A DNA stretch of 64,000 bases from the human T2T-CHM13v2.0 reference genome, Homo sapiens: assembly GCF_009914755.1 (NCBI RefSeq), contig NC_060926.1; one strand, given 5' to 3'. Under the pieces are notes generated by a model. It was not told where the DNA came from, did no database searches, and was given only the letters and a program-made list of their open reading frames with translations. Positions 60,576 through 64,000 of this stretch are shown piece by piece (position 1 is the first letter of the stretch; each line of letters opens with the position of its first letter). Position numbers and translations under genes: made by a program.

Positions 60576-62318
60576 CTACTGTAAAATTTTAGTCAGCAAA
60601 CAAATGCCAATGTACCTTAAGACAGATCTTTTTATTTCTTACTTTTTCCCTGTACTGCAAATGTACAATCACACAAAAATGTAATATTTTTGTTCCTTTC
60701 AAAAAGAATAGCTACAGTTTTAGGGTGCTTGCATAATTGTACATTCTCATAATTATTTGACTTATAACAGTATTAATTCTTATTCTATAAGAAATTAACA
60801 AAAGGATTTAGGACACTATACATGGCCCCTGCAGGTTCCTAAGACAAACCACCCAAGTTCAAATGTCACCTCCACTGCCAATTATCTGTATGACTTTTGA
60901 CAAGTGCTAGCCTTCAGTGTGCCTCAGCTCCTCCATCTGAAAATCGGTGTAATAGTAGTTCTTACTTTAAGAGTTGTTATAAGGATTTTAAAAAGTACTA
61001 TGTCTCAGGTTCTTAGGACAGTTCTTGAGGCCCCACTCGAAGCTGGCCTCTGCTGTTACCCCATTTACCACCATCATCACGAAGGCCTGGGGTCCTCTCT
61101 TCAGGCTTTGAAGGCCTATACTACAGTCCAGCTTAACATTTCCTCAAGGGCAAAATGTTCAAATATTATAATTTCTAAAAATCAAAACACATGTTTAAAG
61201 CTGCCTTTAAGACTTGTGGTCTTTTTTCAATTTCCTTTATTTCTTTGCTATTAGAGGGAGTCAAGGGTCTCTAGTATGTGACTTTATCAGACTTTCACAT
61301 CTGGTCACAGGTCCTCAGGGAAGGTGACTTGAGAGGCCTTGCCCTCCCCAGGGGAAGCAGCTCAGCCCTGTGACTCCATCGACAGCCCTGATGATGGGCT
61401 TAGGAAATGATTGATGGTCACTGGCGACTGAGGAAATGGGCGTCAGGCTCTGGCGATTTTCCTTGTGTTCTTTCCAAGGCTGCCAACCTCATGAATAAGG
61501 AAGTGTTTTCCTACCAGCCTGAAACTGAAATAGGGTGGGATTATACTAACATAATTCTTTAAGAAGTTTTAGTGTGTTAAAGCCAGACCAGCCCTGCCTC
61601 AGTGGTCAACACATTCCATGATAGAAGTCTAGAGTTTAGGCCAACTCTCATCACAGTTTTGTTTAGATGGATGAAATACCTCATATAGAAAATGCTTGAT
61701 CATTGCTCAAAGAGATCGTTTAGAAATAAATCTGAGCTCCACTGGAAAGCCTGTAACAATGGTAACTGGAAGATGAGGTAATCCAGGAGAAAAACCCTCC
61801 ATTTTTGCAAGCAGACTCTAAAACACAGTACTTCTCAAAAAAAAAAAATAATAATAAAATAATAAAAGGGGTAGAAAGATATATAGAAGTCCCTTTATCA
61901 TAGAAAACCAGGATGAGAAGAAAAAGTACTCCTCACCCCAACCCTGCTGTTCTCCCAGGCTCTATATCTTTCTAAGTGACACCACCAACTGTTCATCCAA
62001 GAACCTAAGCCAAAGTCTGGAAACTGTCCTTCATCATTTCCTTTATCCCACAGAACCATCAACAAGGAAAAGCTCTCCATTGTTTGAATGATCCACCCCT
62101 CTCAAGCTCCTCTATCCCCAGCCCAAGCCACCAACATCTCCGGAGGAGGACACTGGTCTCCTAGACCCATCTCTCTGCCTGCACTGCCCCAGTGACTCTA
62201 AAATCTGAGTCAATCCCTATGATGACTTCTCTATGCTCTTGCAAGAAAATTCAGCGCCCTCTCTCCATAGGCTCTGAGTCGGCCTGTCTGGTCTGGATTT
62301 GGCTTCCTTTTCCACAGA

Positions 62319-62652
62319 CAGGAGGCCCCCTCAACTGCAGGAAATACGTTCTAAGACCCTCAGTGGATGCCTGAAACCATGGAAAATTTGGAACCCTATA
62401 TACACTATGTTTTTTTCCTGTTCATAAGTACCTATGATAAAGTTGAATTTATAAATTAGGCATAGTAAGAGATGAACAATAACAATAGTACAATAATAAA
62501 AATATATTGTTTTTATATATTATACATATGGATAATATACTGTAATAAAAGTTATTGGAATGTGACGTCTCTCTCAAAACATCTTACTGTACTGCATGTA
62601 CCAATTTTCAGACTGCACGTAACTTAGGCCACCAATAAGGTGGAGACTACAG
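62319..62652. mobile_element. MER44/Tigger7-like DNA transposon
   Basis: atacgttctaagaccctcagtggatgcctgaaacc...aatttataaattaggcatagtaagaga...ataaggtggagactacag. Confidence 0.7.
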
Positions 62653-62800
62653 TGCCCTGTCCTCCTTGCAGTTTACAGAACGTGGTTGGTTCTTCCTAGC
62701 CTCAGGCCTTCATGCCTATGTTCCCTCTAACTGGATCACTGTCATCTTCCCTTGTCTTTGTGCCTGTGAGCCCACTGGGGACCTTGTCCATCCTGTTCAC

Positions 62801-62848
62801 CATGGCACCCCAGCCTCCAGCATGGCACCCCAGCCTCCAGCATGGCAC
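62801..62848. repeat. Perfect 20-bp tandem repeat (2.4 units)
   Basis: catggcaccccagcctccag x2 + catggcac. Confidence 0.92.
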
Positions 62849-63039
62849 ATGGACACTGAAGTGCTCAATATATAATGGAGGCATTGATGAAAAAGCAAAA
62901 CTTTCAATGATCTGTTGATTACCATCATGTATTAAGGTCAATTACAGTGGCCACCATCTTATAAGCAGGTATGGTCTAAAGCATTTGAGGAAGTCTTTTT
63001 TTTTTTTTTTTTTAAAAAAAAAAGAATGTACACATTTCT

Positions 63040-63262
63040 AGAGCAAAGTTTCACAACCTTGTCACTCTTGCCATGTGGGTCTGGATAATTATTCATTGTA
63101 GGGGGCTATCCTGTGTATTGCAGAATGTTTAGCAGTATTCCTGGCCTTTACTCAAGAGATGCTAATAGCACCCCACCCAGATGGACCAACCAAATGTCTG
63201 GAGACACTGACAAATGTCCCTGAAGGAGAGAGGAAGGATCACCCCTGGTTGGCAACCACTAT
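63040..63262 (-). mobile_element. MER20-like element
   Basis: tctggataattattcattgtagggggctatcctgtgtattgcagaatgtttagcag...aaatgtctggagacactgacaaatgtccc. Confidence 0.7.
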
Positions 63263-64000
63263 TACAGAGAAAGTGGTGGTGGTTAGTATTTTAATTCTGC
63301 CTTCACAATGCCTAGTTAACCCATACTTTGTCTGAATCGCACAAGTGATGATGCATTTTAATATGGTATCACCTAACCACATTTACATCATTTTAGTGGG
63401 AACATGCATTCCAAATCCCTAGTAATATTTATGAACAACCATAGAAAGGTTGAACTGTCTACCCTGAGAGACTCAGCTTAGCCTCCTGCATCAGTATTCC
63501 AGGTGACGTCTGAAGTGAAATGGTACGAAAAATAGAAAGAAAGGTATAGGAGTCAGAAGAGAGTTGGGGGATAGATGGGTCTTTCCATATCTGGTCTGAC
63601 CATTCATTTGTGTTTGGCATATAAAAACAGAATAGAAACAAGATAACACCTTAGCGTTTCAGGTCCTTCTGGAAAGCACCATCCCATATATTTCCATGGT
63701 GGGGCAAAACCCAGGAATGAAATGTGAAAGACTAGAACTCAACACTGATCTCACTCCGTTTGCCCCTCTTCAACTAATATAATATGCTGCTGAGCTTGGA
63801 ACACCTCTTCAGGAATGCGAAATGATTTCCTAGGTTTACCTGCCACATTGCAACAATATTTTCAATTATTGGCTAAACTGCAAATGCCCCACGAGTCATT
63901 TAAATAAATCTCACATGGATGAAATAGTCAATTGTGTTCTCTGAGCAATTCCCAGCTGTAAAAATACAGCCACACCGAACATATTTTTTTCTGCAGCTAA

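Overview
Human (primate) genomic DNA, recognisable from the encoded proteins as the MRPL44-SERPINE2 locus (chr2q36.1). The + strand carries the complete 4-exon MRPL44 gene: CpG-island promoter, CDS 730-908, 2791-3259, 7013-7191 and 10119-10290 (999 nt, 332 aa), and two poly(A) signals flanking an antisense Alu. The - strand carries all 8 coding exons of SERPINE2 (protease nexin-1): ATG at 45154, stop at 19134, 397 or 398 aa depending on a NAGNAG acceptor. Its non-coding first exon appears to lie beyond the window, so 45177-64000 is read as intron 1. The genes converge across about 7.5 kb. The rest is intronic or intergenic and rich in Alu, L1, MaLR LTR and Tigger/hAT DNA-transposon relics; repeat subfamily names are from recall of consensus sequences, not a search. 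Most ORFs in the track are Alu-derived or antisense noise. I see no evidence of a wholly new gene or system. The best leads are: (1) inverted Alus and uniform phase-1 junctions that would let SERPINE2 exon 2, 2-3 and 2-4 circles encode secreted truncated serpins with a novel GRPWWKEP C-terminus, plus a stop-free exon 3-4 circle; (2) a tandem duplication, Alu-monomer insertion and inverted templated insertion into another Alu at 15.35-17.08 kb; (3) a near-perfect 94-bp tandem duplication carrying poly(A) signals in MRPL44 intron 3; (4) a C26 tract between the convergent 3' ends.
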